Assembly (NCBI RefSeq): GCF_004010195.1
Contig: NC_057718.1
Span: forward strand, 19,281,905-19,345,904
Reading direction: 5' to 3'
From: Chiloscyllium plagiosum
Taxonomy: Eukaryota
DNA: 64,000 bases
Shown: one piece after another, positions 25,931 through 39,300 of the stretch
Position numbering within the stretch: position 1 is the stretch's first letter
Layout: the number at the start of each line of letters is the position of its first letter
Notes under the pieces: generated by a model
Seen by the model: the letters and a program-made list of their open reading frames with translations, nothing else
Database searches by the model: none
Told to the model about the DNA's origin: nothing
Translations under genes and position numbers: made by a program

Positions 25931-28262
25931 GAATGAATAAAATACAGATCCAGCACGTGTCTCTTTGGGTTAAACATATACCAGCACCCTCATAGCACCA
26001 AGATTTGGTCCTAATATACTCTAATCAAGATTAAACAAATAATATCATCTGCATCAAGGTCACACCTCCACAAACTGCATGTCATTGGAATGCTCTGCAG
26101 GAAATATGAACCTCAATCTAATCTCCACAACCTGGACTGAGCACAAAATGCACTGGTGGGGTTTACATGCTCTTACAGGTGTGCTTTCAACAGGGATTGG
26201 GGGGAGAGACACCTAAAATCATGCAGATGCCAGCTCGAAACCTTCCCATCCATTCCTGAGCTCACGGTCATAACTGGGTGGGGAGGTGAGCGTTAAGGTT
26301 CAATCATCACAGGTACATTAAATTCTGCTCAAGGGCTTGTCACAATGAACCTGGGGCAATGGAGCAATGGAGCATGTTGTGACCCTGTCAGCACCTAGTG
26401 CCCCCTATAGAAGCAAACAGCTGACGGAATTCCAAGTGAATCTCACTTCAATTGCATTCTTACGGACTTGCATTCCAAACCTCATCCTCAACCATCTTCA
26501 CAGCACACTGAGAAAGGTTCTTAGCTCTGCTTTCAGGTCCAGTATTACAATCATCAAACTAACTTGATTCCCCGTAAGACTAATTTGATACTTTACACAT
26601 TGTTGATTGAGCAGAACTTTCCACAGAGAAGAATACAAAAATTTAAAGTCACTGGTGGTGCCAAGCAAAAGTCAATCCTGACACAAAAGAATTAAACCCA
26701 ATCATTATTGTTCCATTTTTTTCAGAGCCAATTCAAGGATTGATTTAAAACTGTGCAAGAAACAAGTTCCATGTGGAGGTGTGTGGGTTCATCCACTTTG
26801 GATTTGAAAGTGCCAAGCCTGAATATCTCCAGGGATTTGTTTGTCCGTGTCCCATTGTCGAGAGAGTTGTGATGGGGGATTATGGGGAACAGAGAGGGAA
26901 GTGGGATTGAGACTGTAGTGAGAACAGCCATGATCTTACTGAATGGCACAGCTGGCTTGAAAGGCCAAATGGCCTATTCCTGTTTCTAAGCTTTATATAT
27001 CTTGGTGCATAGGTGAACAAAAAGCAAAATGGTGGTCGTGTTGCAGTTTATCCCAATGGGTTTGCAATGCCAAGGTGAGGAAGTCTTACTTCTGCTGACC
27101 AAATTCTTAGTCAGGCCCGAACTGGAGAGAAAAAATACGCATAAAAAGCTGCCAACGCTGGAAATCTAAAACAAAACACACAGATAGCTGGAGAAATTCA
27201 GCCGGTCTGGCAGCATCTGTGGAGTGAAGCCCTTGTTCTAGCGACCTTTGTTCAAATTTTGCATACTGCAGCTCGGGAAGGGTATATTGATCTTGGAAGA
27301 GGCAGCAAGGATTCACCAGCTGTAAGAGTTAGATGATGAGAAAAGGTCACATCAAATTTAGAAGTTTGCTGGGCCAATGACAATTTTCAAAACTGAAGTT
27401 GAGAGAATTTTGTAAAGGGAGGGCTTTGAAAGATAAGAAATATGGGATGATGCAATGAATTCGGGTCTTTCTCTGTAATGATCTAATAGAGGGACAGGAC
27501 ACACTAGATGGGTTGAATGGCACACCATATTCCCACCTGAGGATGATGTGAATGCTAAATAGGACCGGCGTATGACAATGGGAGGTCCACTGGGTCCTTA
27601 AGAGGCTGTGTGTTAGTCCAGCTCACAGATACAACAATCTGTCCACCTTGAACAACATGATCAAACTACAAAGCATTGCTGTCTTTGTACACTCATGTGG
27701 GATATTGATTTTTTTTAAAATTTCACACACCTACAGTTTCCCATGCGTTGAGCATAAACTTAGTCAGACCATGTGAGGGAGTCCACCAGGCTGGCAGAGG
27801 TGGAAACATCATGAGAGGGAAGGGAAGAGAGGAAACGTAACCCCTCGCTGTTGTTGCACACTTCCTGGCAGTGTATGCCAATGCTCAGGAAGTGGCTGTC
27901 TCCCTGTCCCCTCACTCAGGTTCTGTAACACCGTGCAATGGGTGGGAAAATGTGAGGAAGTTTATCATATAAATGGGAATGAAGATACTACTGCTAGAAA
28001 CTACTGAGCCCAAAAGGTCACACTGTTGCTTATTCCATTGAAATCCACTCCAGTGTTTATTTTCTTTAAAGATTAATATCGCTCAGGAGACCGTATATTT
28101 GTAAAACCAGCAACATTCAGCAGGAGATTGCAAGGATTGAGAATTATAGCTTTAAGTCCCACTATTCTGAGTTTACCAACTGAGCAATAAATAAGCTATT
28201 CTGAGCACTTTGTTGATGGGTGAGAAATCCTTAGCAGTTTATCTTACATCACTTCTGAAATG

Positions 28263-28448
28263 ATTTGGAGATGCCGGTGTTGAACTGAGGTGTACAAAGT
28301 TAAAAATCACACAACACCATGCTATAAATTCTGTGTTAGGATTGAGCCCTCCACTATCACCTGATGAAGGAGCGTCGCTCCGAAAGCTAGTGTGCTTTCA
28401 ATTAAACCTGTTGGACTATAACCTGGTGTTGTGTGATTTTTAACTTCG
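28263..28448 (+). mobile_element. Short Penelope-like insert with inverted pLTR segment
   Basis: Perfect 23-bp inverted repeat at 28297-28319 and 28424-28446; 11-bp TSD cttctgaaatg at 28252-28262 and 28449-28459. Confidence 0.8.
28358..28392 (+). ncRNA. Minimal type I hammerhead ribozyme motif
   Basis: Identical to 24287-24321: cacctgatgaaggagcgtcgctccgaaagctagtg. Confidence 0.7.
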
Positions 28449-28609
28449 CTTCTGAAATGTGCATGTTATATGCCACAAAGAGAGCAATAGAGTTTGGTTT
28501 CATTTTAGGTAGACAACCTATCTAAAGTTGGGGCTGGGTGGTAGAATTTAGCTCAGAAGATGTACAGAGGAAAATTAAAATACAAGTACCCCAACGAACT
28601 AAGGTGTCA

Positions 28610-28960
28610 GAGCTGGAGTGAGCCATTGAGCCCATCAAATCTGCTCTACCATTCAATGACATCATGGCTAATCTGCATTTCCCCCCATAACCCTCAATTC
28701 TCTTACTGATTAAAACTCTGTCTCCCTCAAGTCTTAAAGATATTTAATGAGTCAGCCTGTACAGCCCTCCGTGGTCAAGAATTCCACAGATTCACTACGC
28801 TCTGAGAGAAGAGATTCCTCTTCATCCCTGTCATAAATGGACAACTCCTTATTCTGAGAGTATTCCTTCTGGTCTGAGACTCTCCCACAAGGGGGATAAC
28901 CTACCTTCAAGGTCAAGCTCTTTAAGAATGATATATGTTTTAATAGGTTTCAATAAGTTT
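28610..28960 (-). mobile_element. CR1 LINE 3' fragment (same family as 203-1260)
   Basis: Shared aaagaattccacagatt...ttattctgaga...ctctcccacaagggg blocks. Confidence 0.7.
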
Positions 28961-30874
28961 AATTTGTTTCAATGCTATCAATAAAGGAGCAAAGATTCAC
29001 AACTTAAAGGATGGAAGCAGCAGCTACTATGATACTAATATTAAGCTTGCACCTAATGATACATTAATGCTAATAACTTTAATTTAAAGCAATAAAATAA
29101 TTACAACTCATTATGGCACCTGACGTAAATCTTTGCTGCACGCAGCTCCATCTTTCAAATTATGACAAACATTTCTACGTTGCTCTCATTTCCCTAAATA
29201 AATGCTTTTCTCCACCCAGAAATGGTGATGTTTAATGCAGAGATTTACAACAAGTAGAGCAGCTGTGTAAAACGCCTCTCCTCTCTGTGAGCGTCTTCAG
29301 TTGGTTTGCAGACTTCCAGCAGGTGACTTTGTCTTTTCTGTTTGTCCTATCAAGCCACATCCCTCGCCTCAGATCAGCCTATTCACAGATCATGAGTTCC
29401 ACTCTCAGTGTCTGCTGTGCCAGGCTGGGCGTAAAGTACAAGTTTCTACGGTGGAACCTCCATGCTGTAAATGTGATTGATGACGTGTGTGCCAATCCAT
29501 CATACTGACTAAAGGAACGAGGTGTTGTGGTTTGTGCACTGACACACAGACTGGGGAGTGATGGACAGCCTGTTAGACTATGTTTCAGAATGAAATTGGA
29601 GCACTGGGATTTCTCACTTGAGATATACACAGCCTGACAGAACGAAGAACACTGGCCAGTGAAAGCAATTTTTCAAAAAAAAAAACTAGTCTGCAAAACA
29701 GGCCAAATGTCTACAGAGCTTTTTTGCTTAAGGAGGTATTTTATCAAACTCCAAGCAGAGAGTGTGCGTATCCAGCACCAGACAGTATTTCCGGCAGCAG
29801 ATACTCTAGTCAACCAGTTCCCCATTCCAGATTCGGAATTTTATCCTTATAGGTTTACGCTTTCACTTCTTTTGTTTTTTTAACAAATAAACTCTGCTTT
29901 CACGTTTGATTAATTCTGCTTCATAAATGTCAGGAAATAAATTCCATTTGACGAGCTATGGCTGCAGCTGCAGCAAAATACAAATTATTGCCGACTTTAG
30001 GTTTAATAAGCAGGTTCATTTTCTCCTTAAGTATTCAATTACTGTGGTTTTAAGATGGCTTATTAGATTGCAGCACTTCCAACAAGTGTTTCCAATCTCC
30101 CTCGCCAAGTCCAATATCTCTCTTCAAAACCTTCTCCTTTTCGCATTTTTTTCAGCTTCAAGTCTCCTGGAAACCAAGGATTGGATCTCAAACCTGGATG
30201 GCGGGAGGCAGGCTGCTTGGAAGAGGGAGCTACAAAGGGCTCTCTATCAGACAGGGCAATCTGTCATAATAATGCTTATCCAATGCTCCCCATTGGGCTT
30301 GTGGGTTTTGGATGAGGATGGGATCAGTCTCGGTAGGGACACCTTTCACAATCAGATAATGCCTAATCACTGGGACAACTGAGAGGAGGCTAGTGGTATT
30401 ATGACTGGACTGTTAATCCAGAGATCAGGGTTTGAAACTCGCCATAACAGATGATGGAAGATTAATTCAATAAAAATCTGGAATTATGGACTATGACTCT
30501 GTTGGCGGAAAATCCCATCTGGTCCCTGAGGAAAGAAAACTGTCGTCCTTACCCGGTCTGGCCCACATGTGACTCGAGACCCATAGTAATGTGGTTGACT
30601 CTTATCTACCCTCTCGGCAATTAGGGATGGGCCCACCCAGAGACAACCACATCTCATGAATAATTTTAAAAACTCAGGCACAAAGAGTAAATAGCAGGGT
30701 CAAAAGCGTGCAAGAAAATCAGATTCCACTTTTTTTTTAAAAAATGCTGTTTTAGTGATAACCATTGATAAAAAAAAAACCCTTCTGGTTCACTAGTGTC
30801 CTTTAGAAAAGGAAATCTAACTGGTCTGGCTTCCATACGACTCCAGAACCACCGACATGAGCAATAAGTGTTGG

Positions 30875-31070
30875 GGAGAAAGTGAGGTCTGCAGATGCTG
30901 GAGATCAGAGATGGAAATGTGTTGCTGGAAAAGCGCAGCAGGTCAGGCAGCATCTAGGGAACAGGAGAATCGACGTTTCAGGCATTAGCGGGCTAATGCC
31001 CGAAACGTTGATTCTCCTGTTCCCTAGATGCTGCCTGACCTGCTGCGCTTTTCCAGCAACACATTTCCAT
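30875..31070. mobile_element. Short fold-back Penelope-like insert nested in a SINE tail
   Basis: Near-perfect palindrome centred near 30990; 13-bp TSD caataagtgttgg at 30862-30874 and 31071-31083. Confidence 0.85.
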
Positions 31071-31929
31071 CAATAAGTGTTGGCCCAGTCAGCGACACCC
31101 ACAGGCCGTGAACAAAATACATGCATCTGGCTCTTTGGCCTCCCTGGAAATGGCTTCCAAAATAAAGGAAGACCCCAGTGAAGTGGGTCACAGTTAACTG
31201 AAGTCCCATTTAGGAAAACTGCAGCTGGATTCCACCCAAGTGTATGACACCCCACGGACATAGAGCAAACAGATAAGGGGGAGAAGCTAGATGAACACAT
31301 GATTGGGAATAGAAGGATAAATGAATGGGTTCTTGTGTGAAATAAGTTGAGAGGAGATTTGTGTGTAATATAATTTCTGGTAGGACCTCATGGACTGTTT
31401 ACTGTAAATTGAAGGTGAAAGCGGAATACCGCAGATTATTAGTGGAATTATTTGCTAGTTGCAGCTTAGTATTAAACTCATAAGAATGGATTCAGTGTTT
31501 TCAGTACAAACTGATAGACCCTGTTTGCAGCTATCTGTGATTTGTACAGAATGCACAGAATGCTTTATTTCCCTTAATATTTCAAGGTATTTAGTATTTA
31601 CATTGGTGAAAGTTAATTTCAGTCTTTGTGATTTGCAGTATGAAAGCTGTAGTGTATTATGTGGACATGCTCTCTACCATCTCAAGGAAGCACTACGGAT
31701 TAAAATGACTGAGAAAAGTGCAAGCCTAGTACCTTCTCTCAGACTTTGATGCTGCTGTTCTCTGTGCTCCAGTCTTGTGATCACACATAACCACACACTA
31801 TCCATCCATTCTTTAGCTATTGGGCTTCACTGTTATCCCTGGAATGTGCTCCGATCCTGCTGCAGGTTGTCTGAACAGAGTCCGTGGTTCAGCCTTTGAA
31901 GCATTACTTGGCAAAGAACAGGAACTCAC

Positions 31930-32055
31930 CCACACAGCCTTGCCCCTCCAGTAGATCCTGGAAGCCCTGGTCACAGAGACAGCGGAAGGACCCAGCTGTG
32001 TTTTCACAGAATCCATGAGTGCCGCACACCGTGCTGTTTGCACATTCATCGACAT
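31930..32055 (-). CDS. LTBP1: LTBP1-like exon, cbEGF domain
   Basis: 126 nt; ttgcag / gtgagt; [42 protein letters not shown] (frame not shown in the ORF track). Resembles the LTBP1 cbEGF two domains before TB3. Confidence 0.92.
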
Positions 32056-32352
32056 CTGCAAATAAGATGTTACAACGATCAGCCTGACTCCAGGAAACAT
32101 ATAAAAAAATTAATAAACCTTACTGTGAAGGACAGGATCTACTCAGAGTAAACTGCTCGGGAGGGAGGCAGATTTCACAATCAGCTGGTCGAAGTGATTG
32201 TCATGTGAAGGCCTCAGAGCAAAAGTCAGACCTGAAATTAAACTCGTAATGTTAACATAACTCCAGGTATTTCAAACTAACACTGAATGTGATGGACTCT
32301 GGTTTCTGCAAGTATTATTACATAGTAATAGTGTACCTGATCAACTATCCGT

Positions 32353-32664
32353 GGGCGGCACGGTGGCACAGTGGTTAGCACTACTGCCTCACAGCGCCAG
32401 AGACCCGGGTTCAATTCCCGACTCAGGCGACTGACTGTGTGGAGTTTGCACATTCTCCCCGTGTCTGTGTGGGTTTCCTCCGGGTGCTCCGGTTTCCTCC
32501 CACAGTCCAAAGATGTGCACGTCAGGTGAATTGGCCATGCTAAATTGCCCGTAGTGTTAGGAAAAGGGGTAAATGTAGTGGAATGGGTGGGTTATGCTTC
32601 GGCGGGTCGGTGTGGACTTGTTGGGCCGAAGGGCCTGTTTCCACACTGTAAGTAATCTAATCTA
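32353..32664 (+). mobile_element. Full-length young V-SINE (HE1-like)
   Basis: gggcggcacggtggcacagtgg (A box), gggttcaattccc (B box), V-like core, (taatc)n tail. Confidence 0.92.
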
Positions 32665-34505
32665 TCCAACCTGTTCTGTTTGAATGGAGAAGACAATGGG
32701 AGCTATGGGGCCACAAAGGAAAATGAGTTGGCTCAGGGGGAACCTGATTGATATTTAATGAATAATTCAGCGCATTTGAAAATGTAATTTTATCTATTCC
32801 CTTTTATTTCAAAAGTGCCTGCGGGAAGGATTAGGGTTTATAAAACGAATAACTAATAAAGCTCCATCAATATAAAATGTTGAGAAATCGCTCAGGGGCA
32901 TGGCAGAAATGTTTTGTCAAGTGGTTAGGAGGTATACGTAAGCCCCTTTTTTAGTAAACCTGAGACTTTCTCTTTCTGAGGTGCCACATGGCAATGAGGA
33001 ATGAGGTCAAGTAAAGTGTACCCGAGTGTTCCACAGTCAGACTGCTCTCTACCACTCCACGCCATTCGATAATATCCCGAAACATCCACTAGAAGAGCAG
33101 CCCATTGTCTATCCTTCCTGCTGCAGGGGTTGCTCTCACCAAAGGGGGGGGACTTCTTTACTGCACCGCTGGTTAATAATCAAAGAAAGGAATGCGGAAA
33201 ATTTAACATGAATGTCCCAAATGAGAGCTCCATTCACAGTAACCCAGAAACTGTGCTTGCTCTTAAAAAGCAAACATGTTCTTGTCAACAGAGTCTGCCA
33301 TTGGCTATGGATGACCACCATTTGTTAGCTAAACCAAACTCAACAAAGCTCCTATTCAAGCTTGTTCTGGCCTGCACACTTGTTCCAGTTTTCGACTATT
33401 GCTCTGTTTCAGACAGTGTTGTACTTCAGGACATTTTCTGTCCTAAGGTACTCAATGCAATGCAAGCTGGAGTTAAAACTTTTCATGAATAATTCTGCCG
33501 AAAAGGCTGATTGGAGAACGGCGAGGTTGTACAATATGTTGGAGTTTGACTGTACTACTCCACATTTATGATTGCCCTACAGTCAGCTGTGTAACCATAA
33601 GCAGGCGCAAAGGTGAAGCTAAGCATCTTGACGAAAGAAGGCCGGCTGGGAGAAGTCCGAGTCCTTTCAGTGCAAGGGGTTACCTTTAGCCACAGGGCAG
33701 TTGTGTGCCTGAGCAGGACAAAGAGTGGGGGGGAGGGAAAGCATCAAAGGGGCTGACAAAGAGGATTGTCTGGAAAATATAACGATGGGAGATTGTGCAA
33801 TCTTAAATATAAAACGCACGAGGGGATCTGGCTCATTTCAGCAGTGAAACGGTGTCACGTTGCAATGGCACTTTCACTGACATGAATTATAACTCTCAGT
33901 GAGGCGTTCACACATCATCTTTCTTCTTTGCTGTGAAGTGGCTCCAGCATCTCAGTGAGACTAAAAGTGGAGACGTAAACAGGGTCGAGGGGATCAAATT
34001 GATCTCCAGATGCAGCCCGAACGCATCTGCTGGCCCCTGACCCCTGACCTGCAGGTTGCGAGACAGCAGAGTCTGCTCGGGGGGAAGGGGCACGATGTGG
34101 GAATTCACAAGAGTGAACCAAAATGGGACAGCAAGAGGGAGCCCGGGGGGCAGAGTGAGCCTGGCAGCATAAACATCACTATCCCACAGCACATGGCTGA
34201 ACAAGAACAAGGATTGTGATTGGGGTGAGGGAATAGTAAAACAGATGAATGATCTTTAGGTGTCAGCTGAGGGGCATGTATTAGCCAGGACACCCCCGGT
34301 CTGAGGTCTGAAGCACAAAGTCTAGGCTGCTGCTTCTGTGCAGACAAGAGGAGGGGAGTTCTCGATTGTAGCTGTGTAAACATTTATTCATCAATTAGCC
34401 CCTCAAACAGAAGTATCTGGTTGAGCTTTACGTGCGTGTAACTGACTCCACGTTCCAACAGTGATTCTACTCCCAAGGGTCTTAACTGGCTGTGAACCAC
34501 ACTGG

Positions 34506-34709
34506 GAGAAAGTGAGGACCGCAGATGCTGGAGATCAGAGTTAAAAAGTGTGGCACTGGAAAAGCACAGCAGGTCAGGCAGCATCTGAGAAGCAAGAGAA
34601 TCGACGTTCACAGCATGAGTTCTTCATCAGGAAGATGCTCAAAACATCGACTCTCCTGCTCCTCGGATACTGCCTGACCGGCTGTGCTTTTCCAGCACCA
34701 CACTCTCAA
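34506..34709. mobile_element. Short fold-back Penelope-like insert
   Basis: Inverted arms; TSD ctgtgaaccac(a/g)ctgg at 34490-34505 and 34710-34725. Confidence 0.8.
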
Positions 34710-35149
34710 CTGTGAACCACGCTGGAATGGCTTTGGGGGTGGGGGGGGGTTTCCTTCACGACACGGTCTATTTCAGGAGTCAACAAGAGAGGGATTTCAG
34801 ATAATGCACTCCACTGTGTTGTGTGGGGTTAAGCATTGAAGGTGCAGTGTGGGACTCCAGTAGTGAGGCTATGAGACCCTGAAGAGCCCACTAACATTGT
34901 CCATGAGGACCACAATTGATGGCGCAGTGGGAAATGATCCACTGGCCTTGGTGGTAAGGTAGCGGTGCCCTCCACTCGTTCCAATTGAATAATTCCCCTC
35001 TTTCATTGTGTCTCCAAACTAGACTCAGGAGGGATAACCTTCCAAATCCTCCACTGAGTTCAGAGAACAGAACAGTACTGTGCGGTGGGTGTTTCATTTG
35101 GTCCCAAGAACAGCTTCTTATCTCATATTCTCTGAGGCCACTATTGTTC

Positions 35150-35725
35150 ACCTCGTAACATCACCCACCTGAGTCCTATCTCAGCTCATGTGCTGCTGAG
35201 GACCTCACCCAGACCTTCATTACCTCAGATTTATCCATTCCATGCACACCCAGCTGAGCTCCCACATTCCCCTCATTGTAAACTTGTGGTCATCTCAAAT
35301 TCTGCTACCTGTTTCTTAACATCACAGCCAGTCCTGTGTCAACACCCCCAAATACCGTGCTCACTAACCTACACTGGTTCCTAGTCAAGCAACATTATGA
35401 TTTTAAAAATGTCATCCATTTGTCTGAATCTCCCACAGCCTCATCCCACCCCACCTTCATAATTTCCACAATCCTCCCAAATATCTACACTCTCTAATTC
35501 TGGCTGTTTTGCTTCCCAGACTCAACATGGTGACTGTGCTTTCAGTTACCAGGGCTCTGAGCGATGGTATTTATTCCCTTAACTCCTCCACCTCACCTTC
35601 CTTCTTTAAAACAGCCCTTAAAACCCACCTCTTTGAGCAACTGCCTCGATATCCCATGTGGGTTGAAGTCTTATTTTGTTTTACAATGTCGCTGTGATTA
35701 AAGACACTAAGTAAATAATTTGCCA
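35150..35725 (+). mobile_element. L2-like LINE 3' fragment
   Basis: ctacactggttcctagtc (LHWFLV, L2 LHWLP-like) and ccttaaaacccacctcttt (LKTHLF). Confidence 0.65.
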
Positions 35726-35847
35726 TTGGTATTAAAGAGGCAGTTTTGCAAATTGCTAATCCATCATCTAGGAAGGGTACGGGGAAACAAAGAAACTAGA
35801 TGCAGAAATAGGCCATTTGTCCCCAAGAGCCTGTTCTACCATTCAAC

Positions 35848-36320
35848 ATAGAGTCATAGAGTCACACAGCGTGGAAACTAACCCTTTGGTCCAGCCAGTC
35901 CATACTGACCATAATCCCAAACTAAACTAGTGCCAGCTGCCTCACTTGGTCCATATCCTCCAAACACTTCTTATTCACATGCTTATCAAAATGTCTTAAA
36001 TGTTGTAACTGTACCCGCACCTAGCACTTTCTCAGGAAGTTCATTCCACACACAAACCGTTCTCTGTGTAAAAGATTTGCCCCATATGTCTTTTTTAAGT
36101 CAAGAAATCCCCCACCCTTGGGAGAAGATACCTGCCATTCATTGTATCTACACCCCTCATGATCTTATAAACCTCTGTAGGGTCAGCCTTCAACTTCCTA
36201 CGCGCTGATGAGAAAAGTCCCAGCCTAACCAGTCTCCCCTTTAATCTCAAACCTTCCATTACCAGTAACATCCTGGTAAATCTCTTCTGAACCCTCTCCA
36301 GCTTAATAATATCCTTCATA
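35848..36320 (-). mobile_element. CR1 LINE 3' end
   Basis: KDIIKLERVQKRFTRML...; agagtcat tail. Confidence 0.88.
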
Positions 36321-39300
36321 TGGTCATGGCTGAGCCTCTATCTCAAGGGAATGGGGGAATAACCCAGCACACGTTAACATCACCGTTGCTTACGAAAAAC
36401 AAATCAAAAAAAGGATTTTATATGCAAGAAAGCAGGAAGTCTTTTGTCTGCGGTAGATATAACAATTTACGTCTTCCAGACAGTAATTGAGACTGATCAA
36501 AATCCCATAGGCTCTGAGGTTGTACATTATTGATCAGGTAAATAACCACCAAGGGATTCCCTACCCACACTCATTGTCCCATTTCTCAAATGTTAACAGA
36601 CCACACACTATATGTAACCATTATGGGCTTGAAATTCCTTCCTTGACAGTTTTAGGTAAAAAAAGAAGGCAGTGAGACTGTACTGCAGCCAACTAAAATG
36701 ATCAAAGGAACCATTCCACCACTTGCTTTTACTTCTAAGAAGAGGAAAGTTCCCAGGATAGGGAGAAGGAGCTCATTATCACGTCAAAACTGACGGGACC
36801 TTTTCTATTCATGCAAGCCTCAGGAAAGTAGATGCAGCAAATTTGATCCTGAGCCCAAATTCACATCTTTTCTACATTAGTCCAAATTGGCCCAATTTGA
36901 CCACTTCCTAAGGAATTAGTAACATATTTCAGCTGCAGCTAGAACAGGTCTGCAGTCCTGTTCAGGATTGAACCAGGATCAAAGAGGAAATCAGAAATGT
37001 TAACTACAGAATCAGAAGTTCCCAAGGGGCATGACGAGGAGCAGATTTCCTGAATTTGTAGGCACATGGAGTCACAGAGTCAGAGGTTTTCAGCAAGGAG
37101 TAAGGCCTTTCGGCCCATCAAGTCTGCGCCAACTTTAATTTTCCTGAATTGTTCCATGGTCCCTAGTTGAACACTGGCTGACCACTTTCCATTGACTCTT
37201 TATTATTGTCTTGATCTAGGATTGGAGTCTTCCTACAGCACTCCTCTCTCTTGTGACATTGTAAAGTTCTGGCTCAGACAGATTGTGAACAGGGAGTGTA
37301 TAACTCCCTGGTGATGTCACACATATACAACAAGGTTGATCATCATCCTGAGGACAACAGTGAATCAGCAACCCATTTTATACCCAGTCCAATATTCCAT
37401 TAAACTTAACCATTTAACCCAACATGCTCTCCCTTTGATTGCTGATATTTAATGCACTATTATGGGTTGCAGAATGGATAAGGGAAATGGGAAAAGGATC
37501 AAGGATGAGAGGGCACACATTTGTGATAATTGGCAAAAGAAGCCAAGAAGAATGTTTCTACACTGAGACATGGCACGCAATGCTCAGGAATCTGATAAAG
37601 CTATCGAGGAGTTACAAACTGAATTAGATTGTTAACTAAAGAGGAAAAATATACAGAAGTTAAAGGGAGAAGGCTGGGAGTGTGGAATGACACTAGGCAC
37701 ATTACTAATTGGGGGAGAGAAAGGTACAGAGAGAGAGAAAGAGTGAGAGACGGTATGATCAACCCACAGGCCTCCTCAAATATTATAACAATTGTGTGAT
37801 CATGAGAATCCCAGAGTCCCTGCTATGCTGATTCCAGTGCCCATTACTTGACCTTGCTCAGTCAAAGGGATTAAATCTTCTTTAGTCAGGTGCTGCCTAA
37901 GAACCACAAATTAGCTCTTTAGTCCCAAGAGATTATTGAAACTCAGCCTGCAGTCCCTGGAATGGAGAAGCCAAATGGGTAGATTTGATGGAGGTTTTTA
38001 TGGTTTGGCTCAGGTTATTTTTGAATCCTTTTACTGTTGGAGGGGCATCCAGGAGAAGCAGATCAAACCTGAAAAGCAGAGCCAGGTCACCCACAAGTGA
38101 CATTCCAAAATATTTCTGTGCACAAAAGGTAGCAGAAATGTAGAACTCTTTGACATAAAACATGATAAGGAACTCATTCAATCAATTATTTCACTTAGAG
38201 TCATAGAGTTGCGCAGTACAGAAACAGAGCCTTCGGTCCAACTCGTCCATACTGACCAGATATCCGAAATTAACCTCATCCCATTTGCCAGCACTCGGCC
38301 TTTACTTGTTTCACCAGTTAGCAATAAAAAACATTTTAGATTTGGATCCGATGGGCTGATATCAAATTGGAAAGTCCTTTGGGTAGAATATTGATTTTAC
38401 ACCCCATTTGATTTTACTCTTCACTTACACGCCTCTCAAAATTATTTACCACTTAAAACCCACCCAATATCACTTCTCCTTTACACCTCGCGCACAGTTA
38501 CTCTTCATTCAGCGCCCACAAACACAAACGTTGCTTCCCAGCCACTGACACAAGCTGTTTGACTGTTTGAGCGCGAACAAAATTGTTCCCCTATCTTGCT
38601 GTTGTATTCGACACTGAGAAAAGTTTTTGACTAAATAGTCACTCTGTTACTAAGACTGCCTCCTACTGCCTCTGTCTCCACTCATCTATTGCTGAGACTC
38701 TGAGATGAATTATCTGAGTGAGATTTGTGTGAACTAAAGCTGGAAGGAGGTATTTAAGAGGGCAGTGGATTATTATTTGGATTAAAAAAAACCTCCTGCC
38801 CTAGGGTATGGGCAAAAAGCAGGAGATTGATACTAGCTGGTGCAGGCACAACAGGCTAAATGGCTTCCGTGTGCAATTCTCTGTTAAATATTTCTGGAGT
38901 TAAGGCAGATGGGAGCAGCACACAGGTCGGCCATGCTCTGACTGAACAGCAGAACAGACTCAAGAGCGTGAATGGCCTCCTGCTGTTCCTAGGCTTTGCA
39001 CAGATGAGCTAAGTGTGGTCTGATCTGACCAGATGGTTTCCTTACGCAAAATTTAATCTCAAAGAGTGGACTCTCACTGCTAACCAGTTCCACTACTATA
39101 TATCCACTGTAACAATGTAGTGTGAGCTGAAAGTGGTATGGAAAGCCTGAGGTGAAAGGAGGAGCCAGCTGCAGTGGACACAGAGGGAGAAGGTGGGGCT
39201 CGAAGAAAATAAATGAAGAAAGGAATGAAATTGACAGGGTGGGTGGGAGGAGGGGCACTGCCACGAAACTGCTGTGGGTTTTTACTGACGGGTATCTGGA

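Noticed and set aside
32353..32425. tRNA-like sequence with A and B boxes (also in other copies)
   Set aside because: It is the head of a SINE and continues into the SINE core and tail; not a tRNA gene
34891..34914. Minus-strand peptide CGPHGQC resembling part of an EGF
   Set aside because: Immediately followed by a stop; no DxDEC start, no NTxGS motif and no splice sites
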